Of a stretch of DNA of 64,000 bases, positions 51,406-64,000 are shown one piece after another. The DNA is taken from positions 67,952,001 to 68,016,000 of the forward strand of contig NC_043008.1 of the NCBI RefSeq assembly GCF_006345805.1, written 5' to 3'. The position numbers and the translations under genes were made by a program. The notes below the pieces were generated by a model that was not told where the DNA came from, did no database searches, and was given only the letters and a program-made list of their open reading frames with translations. How positions within the stretch are numbered: the stretch's first letter is position 1; each line of letters begins with the position of its first letter. Origin of the DNA: Octopus sinensis (taxonomy: Eukaryota).

Positions 51406-51936
51406 GCAAGTATTTCACTTTGACATTTGCCCTTTGTTGTGTTAAGTTGACTTGTTGGCAGAGTTGTTAGAGCATTGGATGAAATGTTTTGTTGCATGTC
51501 TTTTGATTCTCTGTGCTTTGAGTTCAAATCTCACTCAGGTCAATTTCCCTTTCATCCTTTATGAATCAATAATAAAAGTGCCAATCCACATTAATGGCTT
51601 GGCAGAACTGTTAAAGGACCGGGTGAGATACCTTGTGGTATTTGTTTATTTGTTCTGGCTCTTTGAATTCTGACAGCAATGTCTCTGGCAACACTGATGC
51701 CTATCTGTGTCAATGGTGTTAAAAGAGGAGGCTTGCATGCATGGGAAACCACCTGTCAACCTCAAAAAATCTTGACCCAGCCTGTACAGATACATCATGT
51801 AGATTTATGGTTAAGCCATGGGGAAATATTACCTTGCTTGGAAATGAACTAGGTAAGGGTTAGCATCAGGAAAGGCATGCAGCCATGAAAAATATGTCTC
51901 AAGAAATTCTCTCAGACCCATGCAAGCATGGGGAAG

Positions 51937-52128
51937 TGGACATTAGATGATGATGACTTTGTGTGTGTGTGCATGGATGTAGGTGTGTTTGTACCTCCTG
52001 TGGACATTAGATGATGATGACTTTGTGTGTGTGTGCATGGATGTAGGTGTGTTTGTACCTCCTGTGGACATTAGATGATGATGACTTTGTGTGTGTGTGC
52101 ATGGATGTAGGTGTGTTTGTACCTCCTG
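51937..52128. repeat. Perfect 3 x 64-bp tandem repeat in LZIC intron 4
   Basis: Unit TGGACATTAGATGATGATGACTTTGTGTGTGTGTGCATGGATGTAGGTGTGTTTGTACCTCCTG at 51937, 52001 and 52065. Confidence 0.95.
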
Positions 52129-53399
52129 GTCTTATCATTAAATGTCAGTTGTCTTTCATTTCCAATTTTCCATGAAAACATGTCTGATCAATAAGGAATT
52201 ATTACCTTGCTTGGAAACAGTTGAGGGTTTGATGACTGGAAAGGCATCCACATGTAGGAAATCTGCTTCAACAAATTCCATCTGACTCAAATGAGCATGG
52301 AAAAGTGGCCTATAAAATGATGGCAATGGTGTTTGTAGTAAGGGAGTAGCATGTGTAAGGTGAGGGGTTCAAAATGAAATTGTTCTAGGAAAGAAGGAAG
52401 GTTTTAATAAATGGTCTGGGATGGGTGAGAAGTGACAGGAATGCAGTGTATGATGAAACATCTATAAAAAACCACAGGGAACCCTATATGTATGTGTCAT
52501 TGGCAAGACTTAGGTCAGCTCCAATCAGTCAGAGTTATGAGTCACTCTGGTCATGACCATCTTGTATTTAGTCAATCCATCTACAAATTCAGAATTTAAA
52601 ATCTTCCTAATTTTAAAACAATAAGTGTTATTTTGAGGAAGATTTAGCTGCTATTTTTAGCAAATTATGTAATCATGTGGAGGCACCCTTGTTTATTTCT
52701 TATATAATAATGAACTTATGGTATACAGTGCTCAGGTACTCTACAACTCATCTATAAAAAACCAAAAGTACATAGATTAATGCACAGTCATTTAAAAAAA
52801 AAGGTTGAGGTAGGGGGACATCAGGTGTACTGTTGGTGAATTTCAAAAAGCATGGAAGTTTTGAAAGATATAGTGTCCCAACAGCTGACAACTGATGTGA
52901 GTAGCAATTCTGAGTGTGGAAAAGTATTTCCAAAAGTCATGGGTACTGAGTTGTTTTTGATTTAGTGAGCATGTCTATGAGTATTGGTTGTTGCCAGTGC
53001 CACTGGACTTGCTCCCGTGCAGGTGGCACATAAAAAGCACCATTTGAGCGTGGCCAATGCCAGTACCACCTGACTAGCCCTCGTGCTGATGAAACGTAAA
53101 AGCACTCACTACACTCTCACAGTGGTTGGCGTTAGGAAGGGCATCCAGCTGTAGAAACTCTGCCAGATCAAATTGGAGTCTGGTGCAGCCATTTGGTTCA
53201 CCAGACCTCAATCAAATCGTCCAACCCATGCTAACATGGAAAGTGGACGTTAAACAATGATGATGATGATGATGTCTAAGGTCGTTGTTGGAAAGATGAT
53301 GAGTAATCTTGTGGATGCTTTCCTAGTCAGTTGCCAGACATCAGAGCTTTAATGTGTAAATGTCCAGAGAAGTGAGACATTCAGTGTATGTTAGTGTTT

Positions 53400-53990
53400 A
53401 TCTTGTCACACTCTAATCTCTCATCACCTGGCACAAGGCTACCTCCCCCAATAACACCCTTCTCAAAGGATCTTTGTCTTGTGAGTTACTTGGTAACCCT
53501 GCCAGTGCTGGTGCCACATAAAAGGCATCCAGTCCACAATGCAAAGTGGTTGGCATTTGGAAGGGCACCCAACTGTAAGCACCACGCCAAAGCAGACCTC
53601 GCCGGTGCTGGTGCCACATAAAAAGCACCCAGGTCACTTTGTAAAGTGGTTGGCATTAGGAAAGGAATCCAACCATAAAAACTATGCCAAAACTTGCCTG
53701 TGCTGGTGCCATGTAAAAAGCATCCAGTCCACTCTGTAAAGTGGTTGATGTTAGGAAGGACATCAAGCCATAAAAGCCATGCCAAAACAGACCTAGCTGG
53801 AGCTGGTGTCATGTAAAAAGCACTCAGTCCACTCTGTAAAATGGTTGGCATCAGGAAGGGCATCCAGTCATAAAACCATACCAAAACAGTGAAGCCTGAT
53901 ACAGTCTTCTGGCTTACCAGCTCCTGTCAGACTGGCATGGAAAATTAGCATTAAACAATAATAATAATGATGATGATGATAATAATAATA
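53400..53990 (+). mobile_element. Family C-related SINE with four tandem ~100-bp core units
   Basis: Units start CTGGTG(C/T)CA at ~53509, 53608, 53703 and 53802; ends in a (GAT/AAT)n tail. Confidence 0.75.
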
Positions 53991-54290
53991 ACAACAACAG
54001 TGATGATGATGATGGCGGTGGTGGTGGCGGCTACTGCTGCTTCTTTTTCTTCTTCTTCTTCTTCTTCTTATTATTATTATTATTATTAACTAGTAATCCA
54101 GCCATCACAGTTCTACATCCAGCTATAATCTTGCCCCTTTCTGTGTGTTATTTGTGTTTCGTTAGGAAATATTTACAACATTCAAAGTTTTGTTTCCCAC
54201 TGTCTAATGTTTCTTTTCTATATATCTGTTTTTGTTTTGGGCATTGTATGTATGTTTTATTGATTGTTTTATTTTTTTCTTCTCCACTAG

Positions 54291-54346
54291 GTGGCGGTGC
54301 TGCATTGAAAGTTGCTGGGAACCAAGTTCAACAGGCAAATAAATGA
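54291..54346 (+). CDS. LZIC: LZIC terminal coding exon (G-GGAALKVAGNQVQQANK*)
   Basis: Strong acceptor ttttttcttctccactag|. Phase 1 matches the GC donor at 51406 and gives a 189-aa protein, close to the ~190 aa of vertebrate LZIC. Sequence similarity of this tail is weak. Confidence 0.75.
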
Positions 54347-54647
54347 GCAGTTCAACTCCCTTTTCTCTCTCTCTCCCTATCTCTCTCAATCTATCTATAT
54401 CCTTCTTTCTCTTCCTCTCTCTTTGTGTCTGTATATATATACATATATATATATATACACACACACACATACATACACAAAAATGAGACAGTTTCCTTCT
54501 CACAAACATGCACTCAGTATGCATGCATATTAACATAAACACACACACACATATATATCTTGCTTAAAATACTTATCTACGCATTTACATATGCTGAGGA
54601 AACTGCTGATATTAATATTCATACACACATGCCCACATACTGATATG

Positions 54648-54689
<42 letters not shown>

Positions 54690-54756
54690 AACATAGATAT
54701 ATTATACATATATATATATTATATCTATGTTTGTACGTATATATATATATACATAC

Positions 54757-54816
<60 letters not shown>

Positions 54817-57800
54817 TATATATAATGGTGCCCACTAACATACACACTTTTGTGTCTTACTTTCTTTTTCGTATTCTAAAATATATATATATATATATAT
54901 ATACTGTCTTACACATGCATGCACTCATGTATGATCACATACATTCATGCTTCCACACATGTACACCCTGCCTACCATCCCATGTATACATACATTCCTA
55001 CATATGTACACACACTCACACAGACACATGTTTATTGATATGAACACACACACACACACACACACTCTCCCAAATAAATAAGCACACATACACAAATACA
55101 CACATTCAAGGGTACAATCATACACACACACACACACACAGACATATCCCCTCACATATTGTTGACCCCTAAGGAGTCAGTACGAGGTTTTATAAGAAAC
55201 CCCACGAAAAGTAACCATATTCTCCTAAGATGGTTAGCACCAAACACTACAGAATTAATATTCTAAAAGAAATGGATGATGAAGAGAATCCAAAAACTGC
55301 CTCATATTATTCCATGATGCCTCTTTTGCTAATTTCTTCATTTTTTTCTGTTGTTTCTTTTTATATACACACATATGCACACACATTATGCCACACACTT
55401 CCATATATGTCTACCCACATACACTCACATATATGCACATACACACATATATACACACACACTCATACATACTCGCACATGTACACACACACACACATAT
55501 GAAGTTAAGGTACTAAACTACTGACCACATGGTTATGAGTTCAAACTGTACTGCAACCATTTTGCAATAGCTATTGGACATGGGCCATAACCTATGCTTA
55601 GCTCAGTTCACTCGACTGGCAAACAGACAAGGACATTTCATATTTTATGATTCAAGAGAAGCAGAAATGCTTTAAGAGTAAAGAGTTTGACTGCTAATCA
55701 CATGGTCTCAAGTTCAAACCACACTGCAGTTGCTGAGGTAAGACTCGGCAAAGACATATGCATTCTAAATACATATGAATGCATGTACACACGCATGCAC
55801 CCATGCACACACACGCACACACACACACACAGATATACAACTCTATTTGCCTCAGTCTTCCCAACTGATAGACTGATGTTTGGTATTTAAAACTGAGGCA
55901 GATTCGCTATGAATTATATACTTAAATATCTTAGACAGTCATGGACAAACTGCAGCTCATGGGACTCTCTGAATGGTATGCCAATGAAAAATTACATTGT
56001 AAATTTTTAGTACTGCAGCCTGCCTGATGATGAACCATGTTTTATGTAGCCTGCTTCTCAAAAAGAGGTGTCCATACCTTATCTGAGGTGACCAGTAGTA
56101 GTAGTTGGAGGAGAAGGAGTGTGGCATCTCCCACCACAACTCACACACATTATGGAAACATTACTGTTCCTAAGAAACCTTGTTATTACGTGAAAGCTCC
56201 AAAACAAAAGAAACACAAAACCTTCACAGAGGCCAAAGAGAAACTATATTTCAAACTAATAAATTCCACATTAATGCAAGATTTCATGAACACAATGCTT
56301 CTGTATTCCAGGAGATGCAGAAGGGTGTTTGCTGTAGTAGTAGTAGTAGTAGTAGTTTATTCAATTGTGGAATGAGAAGGACATCAGACAAACGGTCTTG
56401 CAATATTGAGATATGACACTTTACTTTCTGGGTTCAAGTGCTGCCATGGTGAACTTATCCTTCCACAGCCAAAAAAAGAATTACTAGTTAAATGCTAGTT
56501 TAATTTTATTCGACTGTACTCTTGTTAACCTCACTGATTTTTCATTGTTTTGGGAAACCAATACATTTTAAATGCTTTTGTTACCAGATGTCTGTTGAAA
56601 TAATACCCTGTGTTTGTTTCAATTACTTTTGAAAATAATAAAAAATGTAGTCAAATAACTTAGTGATTATTATGCTGGTGTTTGGAAGATAAATAAAATG
56701 ATATTTATTCCCTCTTGAACATGAATGTTCTGTTAGAACAAACTATACTGCTGTAGATACCATGAGAGAAACTCTCATATTGGCTTTTGGTGCAAAATGC
56801 ATTCTTGTTAATATCACTAGTGAGGAAATAAATCCTTACCATCTCCAATGCCAGGACCATCAGATCACATGATTTCAATCTTCCTTGGTCTTATCAAAGT
56901 GAAATGTTAATGAAAGGCCTTAATTTAGAACACTATAACTCTTTAGTATTTAAACTGGCCATATCCAGCCTAAATAATCTACCTGTTCCATGTTCAAGCT
57001 GACCAGATCCAGCTCTGCTGCCTACCTTACAATGTCATTCTAAAAATAAACAGTCTCATCGTTGAAGTCTCTAAGCTATGAGATAATGCATGACTAATTC
57101 AAACAATGTGATTAAATAAGCATTACATTTGACTGAGTAATCTGAAAACTAAAGGGTTAAAATAGGAAGTTTATATCATTAGAAGCAGGGGCAGTCTTAG
57201 ATGGGTTGATTTCAGAAGGGGTTAAACAGCCACAATTAACAAAGCTATTGTTGTTACACTTGTACAAGACAAGACAAAACAAGGCTTGTCATTGTTGCTT
57301 ACCTCAGTTTTCCTGCATGACTAACAGACAGACAGACAGATGTACACAGACAATAGGGAATACACCCTAGATCATAGGTGGGTGGTAGTTGAAAGGGGTA
57401 CAGAAGCACGATGGTATGTGTGATTGGGAAGTTTAAAAAATACTTAGAAGCAACATTAATAGTTATTGCATCAGAAATTAGTTGTGGAATCCGTGTAGAT
57501 CAGTATAGAAATACAAAATGGAAGACAATGTAAAGAAAAATAGGAAGGAACTACTATTTTTACTACTACTACTACTACTACAATTACAACTACTTTTACC
57601 ATCACCACACTACTACTACTAATATGCCACAACCACCACAGAATAGTTACAAGCAACACAGCCACATTACTACTACCACCATTAAACCGTACCACCACTA
57701 CCAATACAGTCACACCACTACTACAACAACCACATTGCTATCATCACTCTACTACCACCTTCACCACTACCACACAGCATCACTATTCTACTACTGTTGC

Positions 57801-60800
57801 AACTACCACATTATTACCCTCACCACACTGCTACCTTCACCACTACTACTACCATTCTGCACCAGTATTCTACTACTGTTGCAGCTACCACATTATTACC
57901 CCATCACTACCACCACCAACACACTAAACTATAACTATCATGGCCACTGCTTTCAATTCTTCTTTGCCAACGACCTTTACATTCTGATTTCTGCTTGAAC
58001 TTGCCTACAGAATCTCTGTCAGAGATTCCACACATTTTGTGTCAACTGTTAATCAACACAAGAATTTGGTGACTTCAAATTACAAATAAACAATTTATTA
58101 GTCTCTGCGTTAAACTACATGTTACTTCAGCGGGCACGTAGTTTAATTAAATCAAACTGTCCCTTTGTCTCCCACCACCCCCTGTAACTTCCATTTTATT
58201 CGTTGTTGTTGCTGCTGTTGTTGTTGTTGTTGTTGTTATTGTTTTATTTGTGTCTCTTCTTTACATCATGAGTTCAAATCCTCTGCTTTTCATCATTCTG
58301 GAAGCAATAAAACTAATTACAAATTACTCCATCACATCTCTCTCCCCCAAAGTTTAACAACCTTTTGCCCGTTGAAAAATCAGCATTATTATGTTTGTGC
58401 ATGTGTGTGTGTCTTGTCATATTACCCAATCATTCCAGATTATTACAACTCAGTCTTGGATACAGGGTATGTTCCCATTAGAATTGGCCATATTTGACAG
58501 CTTATAAGGTGCACCTCAAATCTGGCAGATTAGATATGAAGGGCTGCAGAAGATCTGCTGTAAAAATCTAACTGTAGAAAGCTTGCTTTAACAAACTCCG
58601 TCTGGCCTACACAAGCATGGGAAAAATTTACTTTCAAAGATCATGATAATACCATTATGTTACTGAGCAATAGGCAGAGGGGAACAATTTTAATTTGTGC
58701 TGGCTTTGTTTATTTTCATCGAAAATTTCATCACCACCCTGTTGTTATTATTATTATTATTATCAGTAGTAGTAGTAGCAGTAGTAGTAGTAGTAGTTAA
58801 GGTATGTTATCCCCTTATTGATGATCCTTGTTTTTAGTTTTTGGTGTATCTGATCATTGTTACTATTGTTGTTGTTATTGTCACTGACAGACTGTCAGTT
58901 ATAACTTCTCTTCCCATCCCATCCCACCCCACTTTTCAAACTATGGTGCCGGGGTGGGGGTGATATGCCAAATGAAATATTACTTTGATGACAATCAAAG
59001 TTTTAGTGGTCTATGTGTATAAACAAATGTGATGATATGTTTATATGTATGTATATATATCATTCAAATTTAGTTTTCCTTCTGTGATAAAAGTAAAATT
59101 GTGTGCACACTTTAGTGAATTCTTCAGTTTTATGTAGTAAACCAATGAAAACTGATGTCTAATTTTGACACAATGCCAAGTTGTTTGCAGAGACAGTCCT
59201 CACCCCAACCCCATAGTCATTTGAATTAATTCCCAATGGATTTCAGACTCCAAAGTTAGGACACACAAATACTGCCCGGCAATTTAGTCTTCTACTACTG
59301 TTTCAGCACCTCCACTACTCTTGATAAACTTTAGTGTGTCTCTGATGTCAGATGTAATAAATTTGTTCCTTCATGTAACATATTAATGGTATACCATTGT
59401 TTCACTTAGCACTAGTTGTAGCTATTTTTGACAATGAATCTACAGAAAGTGGATTTCTTTTGAATAAATTTATTTTAATATGTTGTGTATGTACATGCAT
59501 CTGTGTCTGTTTGTGTGTGTGTATTCATGAGTAGAATGTCAGAAAACACATGTGAGTAGAACGTCAGAAAAAAATGCTTTACAGCGTTTGTTCTAGCTCT
59601 TTGCACTCTGCTACATAATAAGTATATAATCTCCCTCAAATCACACCCTAGTGTCTTTTAAAAAAAAAAAAAACACAAGTGCTATATTGACTAATGTAGG
59701 CTTAGGTACATTGTGCTTTGGTAAAAGATGGGATGGCCATTGTTGGAATGTCTTTGATCAATCATAGGTTCGTTCAGTCAAGGCTGGACCGGGGTTCAAC
59801 AGTAACAACAACAACTTCAAAAGGAGACAAAACCCTGCAAAGTTGGAGACATAACTAAACACAGCATGACAGCCATCATTCCACTACTTCTGTTTGCTCC
59901 CCCTGTTTTCTTATGTGAACAACAATAATAATAATAATTATTATTATTATTATTATTATTATTAAGAAAAAGGGAATGGAAAAGTTCATCAACCATATTC
60001 CAGGCAACATCAGTAGCTATGCAGTTCAGAAGATTATACTACTCAAAACAGCCCTCAGACTTGTAATTTGGGCCTGACTCTACTGGGTTTAAAGCAGGAA
60101 GCACAATAGGCACAACAACAATAATAATGATAATAATTTCTTTTATTTGCCACGGGGGTGTCCAATGGGGTATTACAAAATCAGGTTACAATTTGTGTGA
60201 GCGTTTGCATAAAGACAGCGAAGGGTGGGGGGGAATATGAGGGAGAAGGGGGAGAAATTAGATGAAACGTATACATAGTATACTAAATATGTGAATATAT
60301 GGAAATATCAGCCTTCCTGATACAGGAGAGTTTCCAACTTGAGCCAGTCAAGGAACCCTACAGTGCCAAGGATCACTCTGACCACCAAGTACATTGAGCC
60401 TTCGCTCAACAGTCATAACCCTAATTTTTTTCTTTTCATTTTTTTTTTTTTTGCCCCTGTTTGAACAATATCTGTTTATATGGCTGGGTGTATTTTTTGA
60501 GGAGCTAAAACATTCAGAAATCGCTATTTTCAGTAAATTTGCTCAATTTCTTGTTGATTTATAAAATATATAATGTATAAAAATTCTGTGAATAGAACCC
60601 AAATGAGACATGACTACAAATTAAATTCTGTGAGTTATTTTTAGACTGAAAATAAACCTTGAATATTTATTAAAAAAATTAATAAATAAAAGACGAAAAA
60701 TAAATAAAAATACATGTTAAATTGTTTTGATAACTTTGTTTATTTTGTTCTTATATTTGTATTTCTCTGAAATTATTTTTTTCCATCAATTGTTTTGTGT

Positions 60801-61181
60801 TTTTGACATAATTCCCCCATTATCATAAACTTATCCTCCTCTTCACTCACTATTCTCCTCTGCTTATTCACTCTCCTTCTCCTCTTTACTCTCCTCCATC
60901 TGTTCCACTTTTCTTTGTCCTCCTCCTCTTTCCCCTCCCTATCTTTATTGTACAGTTGACTACTATTATATTTTATTCTCAATTGAAATTCCACTGAGGT
61001 CAATTTTGCCTTTCCTTTTCCTACAAAAGGAAGCAATGGGGTGGGGTGATTTTGTTAAAATAATATACCAGTGAAGTACTGGGGCTGATTTAATAAGCTT
61101 CACCCCCACCACACACTTCCACCAAACAGTAATCATGACCTTGTGCCAAAAATGAAAGTTTATCATAGCAATAATTATTAA

Positions 61182-61400
61182 CCCTTTTGTTACCATATTT
61201 CTGTTGCGATGCTCTGTATTTCTTTCAATTAATGTTAAATATAACAAAGAATTTAGTAAAATAAGTTATCATTAAACTAGTGTTAGGAACATTAATTGTG
61301 ACTAAGGTTTTTGTGGGAGATTTTGATTCAGAACTTTGGTAAAATAGATATTTGTACTACAGAGCCAGAGGTGGTTTCAGGTGGGTTGGTATCAAAAGGG
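61182..61400. mobile_element. piggyBac-type MITE
   Basis: TTAA|CCCTTTTGTTACC ... GGTATCAAAAGGG|TTAA. Confidence 0.8.
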
Positions 61401-61842
61401 TTAATGGTCACAGTACATACTACAATCTCTGCAGAAACAACCTGAGACTATCTAAGGTTTCAATTTGACTTTGTAAAGTTTGTTGTTTGGAAGAGTGTCC
61501 AGCCACAAGTATCATATCAAAACTTGGATGCCTGACCCAAACATTGTCCTTCAGCCTGTGTAGGGGTGTCTGTAACTCCAATAACAGTTAACTTGAATTT
61601 TTCTGTCTATGTCAGAATAAAAAATGGACACCATCATGGTGGTGGTGGTGGTGGTGGTGGTGAGGAGGAGGTATGCCTTTGACATTTTGTTCTGACCCAG
61701 ATTGTGTGGAACCACAATAAAACCACATTGAGCTACCTAAAGAATGTAAGAAAGTGGCTGGGGCTATTGTAAGAAGACACTTGCCCAAAGTGCCATGCCT
61801 GGCAACCAATATTTTTAAACTCAGTCCACCTTTGTACATATA

Positions 61843-62224
61843 TCTCTCTATATATAAAGCTGAAGTTGTCTGTGTATGGTAGGTTTGGTAGTCTTCAACT
61901 AACACTATCTCCTCCGAGACCTTGAAGTGCAAGTTGACTAAAATTGAGAGTATGATAGAAGAAGGCTTGCTCTTCCTTCTGTAGAAGAAAAAATTCAAAT
62001 CAGACCATGTTAACACCAAAAATTATTTACATCAAAAAGGTACTTTTTTTCTATGAAAATCCCTATTTTTTTACTGCTGTGTGGCCATTTTTTGGTGTAT
62101 TTCAACCAGAAAAATGTTCACTTAAAAACAATAACAAGCTACATAATGCCAAATTTTTACTTTTCAAAAATTCCAATTCTAAAGGGTTGAAACAAACGCA
62201 AGCGACGCCGGTCGATACTGCAAG
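61843..62224 (+). mobile_element. Non-autonomous Helitron, degenerate 3' end
   Basis: A|TCTCTCTATATATAAAGC start. The 3' end GCAAGCGACGCCGGTCGATACTGCAAG|T parallels the 41628 element (CCCGAGCAACGCCGGGCGATACTGCTAG|T). Confidence 0.7.
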
Positions 62225-62589
62225 TATATATATATATATATATATACATGTGGTTGGGAAGCAAACAAACTCCTTACCATTCAACCATGCTTGCACTTAT
62301 GTATGTATGTTTGTGTGTGTGTGTGTGTGTATTCCTATACACTCAAGATGAATTGATTTGTGCTGGTGCCATGAAAAATGTAATGACGTACATACTGTGA
62401 GGTGGCTGGCATTAGGAGTGGTATCAAGCCATAGAAACCATACCAAAGTAGACAACAGAACCTGACATAATCTTCCAATCTTTTGGATCCTATTGAATAT
62501 CCAGCCAATGCTTGCATGGAAGACAGATGTTAAAATATGATGATGGTGATGGTTTAGGTTTTATATATATATATAAGACCTGTTGAGGC

Positions 62590-62992
62590 AAGTGAAATCA
62601 AAATCAAATTCAATGACTGGCATCCGTGCTAGTGGAGCGCTAAGAGCACCAGCCGAGTGTGATCATTACCAGCGTTGCCTTACTGGCATGTGAAAAAACA
62701 TTCGAGCAAGGTCATTGCCAGTGCTGCTGGACTGGCTCCTGAGCAGGTGGCATATAAAAAACACCATTTGAACATGGCCGTTGCCAGTACCGCCTGACTG
62801 GCCCTTGTGCTGGTGGCACGTAAAAGCACCCACTATACTCTCAGAGTGGTTGGTGTTAGGAAGGGCATCCAGCTGTAGAACTCTGCCAGATCAGATTGGA
62901 ACCTGGTGCAGCCATCTGGTTCACCAGTCCTCAGTCAAATCGTCCAACCCATGCTAGCATGAAAAGCGGACGTTAAACGATGATGATGATGA
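62590..62992 (+). mobile_element. SINE family C, full-length
   Basis: Matches 34905-35365; (GAT)n tail. Confidence 0.85.
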
Positions 62993-63906
62993 TATATATA
63001 TATAGAGAGAGAGAGATAGATAGATATATATATATATACTTATGTATGTATATTAATCATCATTTTATAGCTGCTTTGTAAGCTAGCATGGGCTGGACAG
63101 ATTACCATGTCTAAGTCAGTTCATATTGCATGCCATTGTCTTTTTAGAGGGGATGGCAGACCACTTCATGGTCTTACATTTTCATTTTTGGCTTAGTTTT
63201 CTATAGCTGAATGTCATTCCTATTATCAACCATTTTATAGAATGTACTAGGTGCATTTTATCATGGTACCAACACAAGAGATATGACTAAAGAGTCCTCT
63301 CAACCCAACACTTTCTCCACCTGCTCACCAGCCATTTATGTGTGTGTGTGTGTGTGTAAAAAGCACTCGGTCCACTCGTGTTAGGAAAGGCATCCAGCTA
63401 TAAAAACCCTGCCAAAACAGACACAGTAGCCTAGGGTAGTCTGCTACCTGGTCAGCTCCTGTATATCAGCCTACCCATGCATGCAGGGAAGATGGGCATT
63501 AAACGATGATGATGATAAAGAGATGTGTGTGTGTGTGTGTATATGCATGCATAGGTGCAGGTGTGACGGTGTGGTAATAAGTCTGCTTCCCAACCACATG
63601 GTTCTGGGTTCCGTCACAGCATGACACTTTGAGCAAGTGTCTTCTACAATAGTTCCAGGCCAATCAAAGCTTTGTGAGTGGATTTGGTTGACAGAAACTG
63701 AAAAAAGTCTGTATATTCTTTCTTCCCAATATTCTGTGAATTATCAGAGAAAATTTTTTACCTTATCTGGAAACTGGTAAGAGCTAACAACAGGAAGGGC
63801 ATCAGGGCATAAAAAAATCTGCCTCAACAAATTCCATTTATGAAATTCAGTACATGAAAGTATGGAAAAGGGAACATTAAGATGATGATACACACACAAC
63901 TATATG

Positions 63907-63987
<81 letters not shown>

Positions 63988-64000
63988 AATGTAGGATAAA

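Noticed and set aside
54338-54343. AATAAA immediately before the LZIC stop codon
   Set aside because: It simply encodes Asn-Lys; no evidence that it acts as the polyadenylation signal.
56830-56900. Minus-strand donor ATG|GTAAGG with a short open frame (QGRLKSCDLMVLALEM)
   Set aside because: Weak acceptor, no recognisable homology and no partner exons found.

Overview
AT-rich, microsatellite- and transposon-saturated animal genomic DNA. The SINE families and repeat style look like an octopus or other coleoid cephalopod; this is my inference, not a database result. One protein-coding gene is well supported: LZIC on the + strand, with 5 coding exons (44160-44260, 45048-45183, 47914-48012, 51228-51405, 54291-54346; 189 aa). 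Its last intron appears to use a non-canonical GC donor, and its start-codon exon is preceded by a splice acceptor, so upstream 5'UTR exon(s) must exist. The rest is repeats: a decayed Ty3/Gypsy LTR element, mariner, hAT and piggyBac-type MITEs, a foldback element, Helitrons, RTE and R4/Dong-like LINE ends, Penelope-like GIY-YIG remnants and at least four SINE families, often nested. The most notable non-annotated signals are (i) several minimal type-I hammerhead-ribozyme motifs with palindromic helix III, some in short elements embedded in (TA)n tracts, including a U3-A8 core covariant, and (ii) an apparent sharp drop in CpG at about 13.7-13.9 kb that may mark the start of a methylated gene body. 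All coordinates were counted by hand, and repeat boundaries are approximate unless a TSD or TIR is cited.
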